Notes under the pieces: model-generated
Told to the model about the DNA's origin: nothing
Database searches by the model: none
What the model saw: only the letters and a program-made list of their open reading frames with translations
Part shown: piece by piece, positions 34,929-44,006 of the stretch
How positions within the stretch are numbered: position 1 is the stretch's first letter
Layout of the letters: every line of letters begins with the position of its first letter
Made by a program: the position numbers and the translations under genes
From: a virus
IMG/VR virus record: IMGVR_UViG_3300002026_000042
Span: 1 to 51,883 of that record
Length of the DNA: 51,883 bases
Direction: 5' to 3' (one strand)

Positions 34929-37900
34929 TCATCCACGACGGGAAGCCCACACCGTTATCAAATCAGCAGCAGCGGGATTCTGGCGCAAATCGTAATCCAC
35001 CACAGCCGTCCCTGGGTTCAAATCCATGCGAACCTGCTTTGAATCAGGCCCCTTCGTTTTCAACCGCTCCGAAAGCCAATCCCTAACCGACTCATTCACT
35101 GCCTTGGAGTTCAGACCACGAAGGTCACTACGGTATTCAGCGTGGCTCGACCAGTCGACCTCCACGTCCCGCTTCTTCGACATCGGCAGCGTCTGACCAT
35201 AATCATACGGCCCGTAGATAGACTTGACCTCCGCATTGCTCAAATCATCCGCTGGGCTCTTGGTCTTCACGAACCGTTGCAGCTTCTCAAGAATCTTTCC
35301 AAGCGTGTCGGGCGTGAACCGATTCTTTGCCTTCTGCAATACGTCCATGATCCCCGCCTCGAACGCCCGCCCCTCATGGGTCATGCGCAAGTCAGCCTTG
35401 TCCTTCTGACGCTTCGTCTTGTGGAACTTGCTCTTATCCCGATGAACCCGTGTCCCCAAGTTCCGATCAGTGGGCATCCGATGCTTTGTCGGCATTGCAG
35501 CAGCACGGGCAAGCCCGTAGGTGGCGTCGCTGGGTCTCGGGGGACGCTTGGCCTGCGGGGCTGGATAGACTTCAAGATCAGCCTTTGCCTCGCTCAAGTC
35601 CGCGCTGGAATAATTCGGGATGACCGTGTACTTATCCACAATCCCCTTCAGCACCCCGAACGACTTGACGATAGACTTGGACTGCTCCAGAATCAAGTCC
35701 TCTGGAACAAAACGCGGCCTGTTGCGATTGCGGAACAGGCTGACCTCCACGGGCACCCAAGCATAGATCAGGAATATCCGATACCCCTCTGCCCGCGCAA
35801 CCTGCGCCTTGCTGATGATACTGCGGGGGTCACGCCCCGTACCGTCAACAATCACGGGATCACCCGTTCCGCTCGTGACAATCTGCTTGTACTGTGCGTC
35901 TGAAATCTGCTTGCTCAGATCATGCAACTTGCCAGGGTTCTCGGAATCATACTCGGGGTGCGCTTGCTTTATTTCATCGGGATCAACCACCTTGGAGTTC
36001 AGATACTTCATGTAGCGTTTCGACCGCAGCCACGATTTTCCGGACCCCGCCGGACCTATGAATAAAACGGCTTGCCAGCGAATGTCCTGCGGCCCAGCGA
36101 CCTTGCATAACCCAGCAACCCCCATCTCCCGCAACGCCGCTATGATCGGGTCTCGATCAATACTTGAAAGTTTCATATCAGGATCTCCATCTATATCTTT
36201 ATCCCGTTGCTCATCCGTCTTGGTCTTAGTCCTCCACGGCTTCTTGACATCCTCGCGAGGGGATCGCTGCTCGACATCATGCGTGTGCTTCTTTGATGTA
36301 CCACCCGTGTCAGAAATCAGATCTCGGTCTTTCCTATTGACCTGTAGCCCCCTCGCTCCACGACGCGACATGGACGCCGCCTTGCCCGTTAGGTACTCCA
36401 TCTCGCTCTGGAACAACGGCCACTGTTTCAACTTTGATGCAAGCTGCGACGGGTTACCAGCATCCTGATCAAAGGAGTCCATAAGCTCGCGGAACTCCTG
36501 CTCCGTCATCTTTTCCTTTACGCTAGACAGGCTATGGCGAGCCTTGGCGACGGCCCCCGGTGCTCCCAACTCAATGTCCTTTGCCGCCGCCCGAAGGTCA
36601 TGCCGCCCCGTCTTCTTCAGGAACGACTTCATAACCTCCGTCGCCGCCGAATCAACAGGGGACTTGTCTACCCCATCGATGTTCAACTGCGTCACGGCCT
36701 TGCCATCCTTGTTGGAGAACTGCGTAGACCCCGTCTTTCCCTTGACTGGCTTACCCTTCATATCCTTTGTGAACTTGTCGAACTGCCTCTCTGCAACCTC
36801 GTCCCCGAACAGGGAATCAACAATCTCCCCATCTGGCGAATAGGTCATGTTGACATTCATCATCTTGTTGGCCTTGTCAAACTCAAAGCTGTTCAGCCGC
36901 CCGCTGTACCGACTAAGAACGTCCGCGCTGACAGAGAACTTGCCCTCGATCATATCCGACACCTGACGGTGCAACAGATCCTTGTCAACATCGGCAATGT
37001 CATTGTCCCCGTCAATATGCTCGTGCAACGCATTCTTGTTCGCGTCCTGCATCTGCTTCGACTTCTTTACCTTTTCCTGAACCTCTGGTGATTCGTACTT
37101 TTCCTTGTCCTGTTTGAACTTGGCAACCGCCGCCTCATACTCCTCGGGCTTCGCGAACTTTGCCTGCTCTGGCTCCTTCGGCTTCGGCGGCTCCATCTCC
37201 GCAGCCAGCCGCAACTTACAAACCGTTTCCATCGTTTCAGGCTTGCGGATGAAAAGTTCCTGAACCTTGTCAGTACCGAACAACGCCGTGTTATCAGCAA
37301 GACGGACGGCAGATGCCACTGGTTCCTTGTCCCAGTCCATCTCCGCCGCGTCATGCGTGGTAACCAGATTCTTGTACTTCTCGAATCCGTCCTTTCCGAA
37401 CAGCTTTGCGTACCGATCCGTCTCCTCCCCGATTGCCACGACAGACGCATCCTTGTGACCGCTACCCTTTGTTGCATCCGTGGCGATAGCCCCCATAGTA
37501 TAACCAATGTCGTGATTCGCCATTACCGACATGACCATGACCTTGTCTATACCATTGATCGGCGAACCAGTCTTGGAAAGCTGACCCATCATCTGCATCG
37601 CACTCTCGCAGTTTCCAGCAACGTGCCTTACCCCGTGATCACCAATCGGACGCCGCCTCTGCTCCACCTCCTGATGCAACATCCGCTTGACGTCCTCCCG
37701 CAAGAACTCGTCCAGATCCTCTTGTGAAACATCTCCAAGCGACCCGTCGTTTGCCGCCTCCTCTACCGCGCTTGCAAAATGTTCAACGAACTTGTCAGCC
37801 CTCGGACGGGCGTCATCAGACAATGATGCTGCAAACTTGTCAATCACGCTGGTTGCGTTCTTCTTCAACTCCCCAGCAAAGGCTTTCGCATTTTCCTTGC

Positions 37901-38711
37901 TGACAGGCTCCTTGCTGACCGACTTCGTCTCCTTGATCTGAGGGTTATCATAACGGGAAAGATTACGGCCCACGTTCTTCGTGAAGGTCTCAAGATCCGC
38001 CTTGTTGTAATCAGGCAACCCAGCACTCGCCGCACGCCCCGCCTCAATCGCCTTGTCAACCATTGCCTTCTGCTCTGGCGTCAAGTCCTTGACCTTTGCA
38101 GCCGTTCCATCAGGAAACCTGACAACCACATTCTTTGTCAACTGCGTCGGATGCAGCTTGTGCGCCTCCCACCCCTCACCAGCGGGGAATGCGGGGTGAT
38201 CCGTCACCGATACCTCTCGGTCAATCTTGTACGGCTTTTTCTTCTGATCTTCCTGCTGCTTAGGCTTCTGCTTATCCTTCTGATCGTCCTGCTGCTTAGC
38301 CTTCTCATCCTGTTCCTTGACGTGATGCAACGATCTATCAGCATCAGGATGTGCTTCCAGATAGGTGTCTATCTGATTCTTCGTGTCAAAGTCGATTGCG
38401 AAGCGACGGGAAGCGGTTGTCACCTGTGGGAGCAAGGATATAACGCCCTCCCCCTCATCTAGCTTCTTCCAGTCGATCTCCTCTTTATCCCCAGACGGAG
38501 CATCCCCTTTCGCCTCCTCGTCCCCAGCCTCTGGTTGTTCATTCCCGTCAGACTCGGGCGCAGCGGGTGTTTCAGACGATTCTCCCTCAGATGAATTAGG
38601 CTCTGGATCAGCCGTATCCTCGGACTCCCCGCCCGACTGCAACACCTCAAGCATCTTCTGCTTGATTTCATCTTTCAGCTTTTCGTCAACCGCCGCACGC
38701 CTTGTCATCAT
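34929..38711 (-). CDS. 1260-aa polyvalent-type protein: acidic N-terminus, HD phosphohydrolase domain, P-loop kinase (zeta-toxin/AAA_33-like) domain, C-terminal small domain
   Basis: HD: GDHGVRHVAG...MANHDIGYTMG (about 37500..37640). Walker A LFIGPAGSGKSW (about 36027..36056) followed by a D-x-TG Walker B-like segment. C-terminal HAEYRSDLRGL... resembles DUF4258-type small nuclease/toxin domains (weak). The ATG overlaps the portal stop (ATGA). Confidence 0.65.
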   Translation of the reverse strand: MMTRRAAVDEKLKDEIKQKMLEVLQSGGESEDTADPEPNSSEGESSETPAAPESDGNEQPEAGDEEAKGDAPSGDKEEIDWKKLDEGEGVISLLPQVTTASRRFAIDFDTKNQIDTYLEAHPDADRSLHHVKEQDEKAKQQDDQKDKQKPKQQEDQKKKPYKIDREVSVTDHPAFPAGEGWEAHKLHPTQLTKNVVVRFPDGTAAKVKDLTPEQKAMVDKAIEAGRAASAGLPDYNKADLETFTKNVGRNLSRYDNPQIKETKSVSKEPVSKENAKAFAGELKKNATSVIDKFAASLSDDARPRADKFVEHFASAVEEAANDGSLGDVSQEDLDEFLREDVKRMLHQEVEQRRRPIGDHGVRHVAGNCESAMQMMGQLSKTGSPINGIDKVMVMSVMANHDIGYTMGAIATDATKGSGHKDASVVAIGEETDRYAKLFGKDGFEKYKNLVTTHDAAEMDWDKEPVASAVRLADNTALFGTDKVQELFIRKPETMETVCKLRLAAEMEPPKPKEPEQAKFAKPEEYEAAVAKFKQDKEKYESPEVQEKVKKSKQMQDANKNALHEHIDGDNDIADVDKDLLHRQVSDMIEGKFSVSADVLSRYSGRLNSFEFDKANKMMNVNMTYSPDGEIVDSLFGDEVAERQFDKFTKDMKGKPVKGKTGSTQFSNKDGKAVTQLNIDGVDKSPVDSAATEVMKSFLKKTGRHDLRAAAKDIELGAPGAVAKARHSLSSVKEKMTEQEFRELMDSFDQDAGNPSQLASKLKQWPLFQSEMEYLTGKAASMSRRGARGLQVNRKDRDLISDTGGTSKKHTHDVEQRSPREDVKKPWRTKTKTDEQRDKDIDGDPDMKLSSIDRDPIIAALREMGVAGLCKVAGPQDIRWQAVLFIGPAGSGKSWLRSKRYMKYLNSKVVDPDEIKQAHPEYDSENPGKLHDLSKQISDAQYKQIVTSGTGDPVIVDGTGRDPRSIISKAQVARAEGYRIFLIYAWVPVEVSLFRNRNRPRFVPEDLILEQSKSIVKSFGVLKGIVDKYTVIPNYSSADLSEAKADLEVYPAPQAKRPPRPSDATYGLARAAAMPTKHRMPTDRNLGTRVHRDKSKFHKTKRQKDKADLRMTHEGRAFEAGIMDVLQKAKNRFTPDTLGKILEKLQRFVKTKSPADDLSNAEVKSIYGPYDYGQTLPMSKKRDVEVDWSSHAEYRSDLRGLNSKAVNESVRDWLSERLKTKGPDSKQVRMDLNPGTAVVDYDLRQNPAAADLITVWASRRG

Positions 38712-41700
38712 TTTCTCAACCTCCCAACCGCTTCAGCCGCAACCTCCGCCGCCGTATCAATTTCATCATCGCTAGGGTTATCCCCCAACGTCTCTATTGC
38801 CGCCGCAGCAGCCGACTCAATCTGACTATCCCCACCGCTATCACCCGACATCGTTCCATCAGCCTCCTCGGAAAGCCCCCAGTCACCCCCGCCACCTTGG
38901 TATTCTCCCGAGCCACCATCTGCATACCCAGACTCGTCCCCTCCGCCTCCGCCCATTCCTCCATCCCCCTCGTCGGGCTTGGCGTATTTCAGACCTAGGT
39001 ACTTGGCAATGCGTTCAACAACGTCAGAGTTCTCAACGATATTCCGACCCACCTCACTACTGATTTCCTCAAGCAGCCTGTTGAAGTTGGCGTCCTTTAC
39101 GGTAAGCATATCCTTCTTCAGTCCCTCGCTTATCTCGTCTGCATTAAGGTTGAATAATTCATAAATTATATCAACAGGAATACTTCCCTTCTGATACAAC
39201 TGGAACAAGGACTCAAAGACCTCCTGATTGTCTCGGATCGTTATGCGATTGAAACCGACCGTCGGATGCAGGTACTTCTTTATCCCATTAGCCCCCATCT
39301 CGTACCACTTGTGCGCCTCGCAGATCGGAATGAAAAGCTGTTCCTCTATGTAATTCCGAAGCATCTCTCGGGTCAACACGAACGTGGTGTTCATAATCTC
39401 AACGGTTATCCTGTTGCCCGTGAAGTTCCCCTCACCCGTCATCAGCTCCCGCGTTATCCCCAAGGCGGCAAACACCTGATTCTCGATCCGCTCGTACTCC
39501 TGACTCAAATCCAACAACCGATCCTGCGCCCCGATCTGATTCCATTCGATCTGGTAGTTCGTGACAACGCTGTAGTCTGGATCCAGCATCGACATATCTA
39601 TCTGAGTGCGAAGCTCATCGACCTCGCTCGGCATCAGCCCCGGCGCTGAAATCACGTTTCGGGGCGTCATGTTCCTGCTTGCCAGACTCAACTGCGCATA
39701 CCGATACTGCTCCTTCTGCAACATCGGAACCAGCACCCGCTCCAGCACCGACGCGCCCAGATCAAGATACGGGCTCTTACGCCTCGCGAAATGATGAACG
39801 AAAGAACCCGTCATAGGATCACTGTCCATAACGATACAATCATTCTCGACCACCATATCCACAAGCTCTTGCGGTATGTTGTCGAGGATCTCCGAGTTCA
39901 TATCCGACCTGTCGCAAGACCCGTCAGGCAACTCGCTGCCCGTGTCATCGGATGCCCCAGCCTGCTGTTTGATCAGTTGGATCAACCGCGTCGGCCTGTA
40001 CTCCACCCGCTTCTTGTCGGAGAATGGGTATTGGAATACCCCCACCTCCTCGGGCGGCAACATGATAGCCTTACTCCACATCTTCTTTTCCTCATCCCAC
40101 TCATGGAACAGGAAGCAATTATGAGTACGGATACCAGCAGCGCAGTACGTGTGAGAGCCTTTTACCTCGAAGTTGTACACATGTCCTGAATAAAAAGGTC
40201 TATCAACTTCGTCAACCCTATAGTAAAACTTGCCATCAACCTGTTTGAACGTCGGATTAACTTCTACGACTTCGCTCCACGTTGCCTCTTTTTCTTTAAG
40301 GCACCCATGAATCAACGATTCAACAAAACCACGAGTTCCGATATTGACGTTAAAACATATTTTATTACCAACAACACGTTGGTCTCCGATAGATGTATCC
40401 ACCATCCTCTTACTTGCACTGAATGTCATTGGGAATCCACATTTTATTGAAATGTGAAAAAGTTGAATCATTAGCTCCTTGTTCGTCCCCGCTATTCCCA
40501 CGGTTAGTCCAGACTCTTTTTCAGATACACATCCGTCACTGTCGATAAGCCCACGAAGCAACCACACTAATTTTTCTTTCGGCAACTCCATTACCCAACC
40601 AGGGATTTTCTTACTACCACACTCGGATCCGAAGTTTATATTCCACCACGAAGCAAATACAGGGTCTCTAACAACGACATGATCCATGTGATCGTAAATC
40701 ACCTTTTCACTAGACACCGCCTCGTCTCCAAACAACGAAACAGCAATGTCGTTTATTCGGTTGAAAAACTCTGGGACCAACGGAGAAACACAAATGTCCA
40801 ACCCGATAAACTCCCGTGAAAACTTGTTCTTATTCTTCCACAGCCAACCATCTCCAAGCCAATACCCAAGATAATACAAAAAGTCTTCATCAATGCGGAT
40901 AGACCTCGGAACAAGCGATTCCATGCGAATGGTACGATCCACGACAGACTCTTCGTCTCTTTTGTCTGTCGGAAACCACCGCATAGAACTTCCACCGCCA
41001 TAACCAAGGCTAGTTCTTTCCGTTTTTATAACCCCCTTCTGTCTAAGATAATATGCCGCACTTCTAACTCTTACACCGTCTGAGACCCCGAGCATCAAAG
41101 CGACCTCAGAGCACTCCTTAACAACTGGTTCTTTAAGAGTCGAAAGCCACGAAACAATTGACTCTCGAACCTCCTTGGATGACACGTTTATTCCCGACGG
41201 AGTCTCGTATTCACAAACAACCCCAGAATCATCAACCGAAACAGACGAATAGAACGATCTTAAAGAAGGAAGAACCTCGTCAAACCAATCAATCTTGTCT
41301 ATGTCTACATTCTTTTCTATTCCCCCGATCCCGATCCAGTCCCCCCTATGAACTTCCTCGGCTTTCACCATCTTCTCTTGACCGTCTCTCAACACAAAGA
41401 CAGGATGCTCACTCGTTGGCGAGAACTCCAAACCAGAAAGTCGCGACACCCCTAGACTGACAAGCCGTTCCGACACCTTGCGCCGTGCAATCCCTGAAAC
41501 TTCCGAAAAGTTCCCATCAGCGTCAAGCACCATGTCTCCTTCTCTTATATCACTGATAGGAACAACACCTTCACGAGTAAGAATAGGAGTGTCTCCCTTA
41601 AAGCAGTTCCCGATCATGGAGGCCTCCATCAGGATAGACTGGGCAAGGTCAAACATGTGAAGCACCTTCATCTGGTTCTCGAAAAACTCCTTGATCTCCG

Positions 41701-42835
41701 CCTGCTTCTCCTTGTCCTGCATCTTCGGCATGTGCAAAGTGAACTTGGACATCGGCAAGTCAGATAGCAAGTCAAGCCCGCGACCGACATACGCATCGGT
41801 GTTGTGAGTCACCATGCCGTTGCAGATATAGGACTTCTCATCTCCTTCCGCATCAACCTCTATGTTGTGAACGATGTCATCTTCTTGCGAGAACGTCACC
41901 TCTTTGACCTGGAATGCCGCATAGCCATTTATCAAAAAGGCACCAGGAGCAGACTCTTTCGTTTCAACTGGATCCCACAAGACAGAATCTGAAACAAGCC
42001 CATTCGCACTCCACGATGGAATCGAGATATGAATCTGCTTGTTGCCACTGTCATATCCAGACCCCGAAGTCCGATCATACACCGCATACCGACACATCAC
42101 CCTTGCTTGTTCGTTCGTAATCTCCCCCGCCCTAGACGACGGCAATGGAGGAAGAAGAACATAGTCCCCCGGCTTGACATCCTCGGCATGAACCCATTCA
42201 GGATTGAATTGGATGTTATTCTTGAACCGCCCTCCATTCGCATAACGCAACTTCTCACCGCGAAGTATCCAGTAAGGATGATGGTGGGTTGTTTTAAGAT
42301 GATTCTGTAGGCACCACGCTTTGATCGTCGTAGCCTTGTCGTCTGCAAATCGACGCTCAAACTTATCTTTAACTAGCCTCACGGTTCCCAGTCCCGTAAC
42401 GACACTATCCCCGATCTGTACATCTCGGATGTCTTTTACCGTGCCATCAGCCATCGTCACTAGACCTAGGTCGTTGTCGCTTAGGTAGATACAACGGGCG
42501 AAATATCTGTACCACTGGTATTTCTCTGCCAGCGTGACGGGCCAATACAACCGCCCGCCGTTCTGCTGGTTCATCATTGTGAAATACATCGGAACGTCAT
42601 ACGTCCCCGTACGATCCCCAAGCCCGTAGGCGTAGCTCGACCTGTACGCCTCCATCCTGTACCCAGACTGGTATGGGGCGGCCTGCTGCGCATCGTCCAG
42701 CAGCATACCTGCGGTTCTATCAAACCCGAACCCGCCAGCCCCCTCTGCCTTCTTGGCAATACGAGCCTTCAGCGGATCAGCCTTGCCGACCGCCACCTTA
42801 GGCACCTTCATTCCCGCCGTAACTTTCCCAGCCAT
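38708..42835 (-). CDS. portal protein interrupted by two inteins (extein about 648 aa)
   Basis: The extein sequence reads through as ...KYQWYRYFAR/TDAYVGRGLDLLSDLPMSKF...MEASMIGN/CFLFHEWDEEKKMW.... Sits downstream of the terminase as expected for a portal. Gly/Asp/Ser-rich acidic C-terminal tail. Confidence 0.8.
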   Translation of the reverse strand: MAGKVTAGMKVPKVAVGKADPLKARIAKKAEGAGGFGFDRTAGMLLDDAQQAAPYQSGYRMEAYRSSYAYGLGDRTGTYDVPMYFTMMNQQNGGRLYWPVTLAEKYQWYRYFARCIYLSDNDLGLVTMADGTVKDIRDVQIGDSVVTGLGTVRLVKDKFERRFADDKATTIKAWCLQNHLKTTHHHPYWILRGEKLRYANGGRFKNNIQFNPEWVHAEDVKPGDYVLLPPLPSSRAGEITNEQARVMCRYAVYDRTSGSGYDSGNKQIHISIPSWSANGLVSDSVLWDPVETKESAPGAFLINGYAAFQVKEVTFSQEDDIVHNIEVDAEGDEKSYICNGMVTHNTDAYVGRGLDLLSDLPMSKFTLHMPKMQDKEKQAEIKEFFENQMKVLHMFDLAQSILMEASMIGNCFKGDTPILTREGVVPISDIREGDMVLDADGNFSEVSGIARRKVSERLVSLGVSRLSGLEFSPTSEHPVFVLRDGQEKMVKAEEVHRGDWIGIGGIEKNVDIDKIDWFDEVLPSLRSFYSSVSVDDSGVVCEYETPSGINVSSKEVRESIVSWLSTLKEPVVKECSEVALMLGVSDGVRVRSAAYYLRQKGVIKTERTSLGYGGGSSMRWFPTDKRDEESVVDRTIRMESLVPRSIRIDEDFLYYLGYWLGDGWLWKNKNKFSREFIGLDICVSPLVPEFFNRINDIAVSLFGDEAVSSEKVIYDHMDHVVVRDPVFASWWNINFGSECGSKKIPGWVMELPKEKLVWLLRGLIDSDGCVSEKESGLTVGIAGTNKELMIQLFHISIKCGFPMTFSASKRMVDTSIGDQRVVGNKICFNVNIGTRGFVESLIHGCLKEKEATWSEVVEVNPTFKQVDGKFYYRVDEVDRPFYSGHVYNFEVKGSHTYCAAGIRTHNCFLFHEWDEEKKMWSKAIMLPPEEVGVFQYPFSDKKRVEYRPTRLIQLIKQQAGASDDTGSELPDGSCDRSDMNSEILDNIPQELVDMVVENDCIVMDSDPMTGSFVHHFARRKSPYLDLGASVLERVLVPMLQKEQYRYAQLSLASRNMTPRNVISAPGLMPSEVDELRTQIDMSMLDPDYSVVTNYQIEWNQIGAQDRLLDLSQEYERIENQVFAALGITRELMTGEGNFTGNRITVEIMNTTFVLTREMLRNYIEEQLFIPICEAHKWYEMGANGIKKYLHPTVGFNRITIRDNQEVFESLFQLYQKGSIPVDIIYELFNLNADEISEGLKKDMLTVKDANFNRLLEEISSEVGRNIVENSDVVERIAKYLGLKYAKPDEGDGGMGGGGGDESGYADGGSGEYQGGGGDWGLSEEADGTMSGDSGGDSQIESAAAAAIETLGDNPSDDEIDTAAEVAAEAVGRLRK
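40118..41605 (-). mobile_element. portal intein 2 (496 aa) with LAGLIDADG homing endonuclease
   Basis: aa 411..906. Starts CFKGDTPILTREGVVPISDIREGDMV, has block B SPTSEHPVFV, LAGLIDADG motifs YLGYWLGDGW and LLRGLIDSDGC, and ends HVYNFEVKGSHTYCAAGIRTHN followed by Cys. The DNA is visibly more AT-rich than the flanks. Confidence 0.85.
41801..42493 (-). mobile_element. portal intein 1 (231 aa, no clear endonuclease motifs)
   Basis: aa 115..345. Starts CIYLSDNDLGLVTMADGTVKDIRDVQIGD (block A), has KTTHHHPYW (block B TxxH), and ends IVHNIEVDAEGDEKSYICNGMVTHN followed by Thr. Confidence 0.8.
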
Positions 42836-43338
42836 TATTCAACCTCCTTGATGCGTGACTCACCAATCATCTTTATCATCGCACCAGTCCCCCGATACAA
42901 ACGGGTAGCAACCATTGTCGCCTCCCGCGAAATACCCAAGTCCTTCTCCCCTGAATGCAGAATCCCGAACAACGCCTGCAAGGCAGCACTTGCCTTTTTA
43001 GCAGCAGCATTAACAGATAAGGCTGACGCATTGAACGCCTTGACCTCTTTCTCCCGATCCTCCGCTTGCCTGCTTTCATTCCTGATGGACTTACGTTCCT
43101 TATCCGCCTTGACCTTCTTGAAGGCAACGTGCTGCCTTGCGGCAACCCGAATCGGATGACCAGCAGGCAGGTCGGCCAGCGTACCGCCCATCGCTTCCTT
43201 GATCCTTAATAGCTCGACCCGTAGCGGATGCCCCTCTGGGAACACGTCCTCTAACCCGTCACTATCGCCATCTGCGAGCTTCCGCTCAGCTGCCGCCACA
43301 CCCTCAAGCAGCCCCGCTGTTGCTTTCTTATCTGCCAC
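42835..43338 (-). CDS. hypothetical protein (167 aa)
   Basis: Helical Ala/Lys/Glu-rich protein. Its stop overlaps the portal start (TAATG). Confidence 0.55.
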   Translation of the reverse strand: MADKKATAGLLEGVAAAERKLADGDSDGLEDVFPEGHPLRVELLRIKEAMGGTLADLPAGHPIRVAARQHVAFKKVKADKERKSIRNESRQAEDREKEVKAFNASALSVNAAAKKASAALQALFGILHSGEKDLGISREATMVATRLYRGTGAMIKMIGESRIKEVE

Positions 43339-43383
43339 GTTTCCCTATTCCTTTCATATTATCACCCTCCCGTCGGAAGGATG

Positions 43384-43971
43384 TCACACCTTAACGGAAG
43401 TGAACAGTAGATAACTACCTTCCACATCCGAACCATTCCTTATAACACCATACCCTGTATGAATCTTGTTTGGCTTGAACTCCTTGGTAATCCGCCCCCT
43501 GTCACTGACATAAAGCAAGTCGCATGCGGAGTAGACAAGGGGGTTTCCGATACTGTCAACCTCCTCGTAAACATAGACCCGCGCAAGAACGTCGTCAGCA
43601 ATAAGCATAGAGGCAACCCGAGTACCGACCCGCTGCAACTGGGTAAGGCTGTCAAACTCAAATGCCAATGTTGAATCCTGCGCCGTCATGTCCATTCGAT
43701 TGTCCCCGCCATCGCGCTGTCTTGTGTCTGTCGTCCACTGGTCTGACAACCGTTCGACATGACGACTGTGCTGCGGCCCGTTGATCAGCATCCCAGCAAG
43801 TTGCCCGTAGCCATCAGATACCTCAACGGTGCAAAGTGCCCCAGAGAATGTCAACGGGGCATTGGAATACTTAACCCAAGTCCCCGGCATCCACCCCGAG
43901 TCTAACCCGACCCCAGTTGGCTCCACGGGAATAACCAGCCCGCCCTTCATCAGATATACTTGATCGCCCAT
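43384..43971 (-). CDS. hypothetical protein (195 aa)
   Basis: Minus-strand ORF between terminase and portal. No motif. Confidence 0.55.
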   Translation of the reverse strand: MGDQVYLMKGGLVIPVEPTGVGLDSGWMPGTWVKYSNAPLTFSGALCTVEVSDGYGQLAGMLINGPQHSRHVERLSDQWTTDTRQRDGGDNRMDMTAQDSTLAFEFDSLTQLQRVGTRVASMLIADDVLARVYVYEEVDSIGNPLVYSACDLLYVSDRGRITKEFKPNKIHTGYGVIRNGSDVEGSYLLFTSVKV

Positions 43972-44006
43972 CGCTTAATCCCTCCTGTATATCATACAGG
44001 CTTTTA

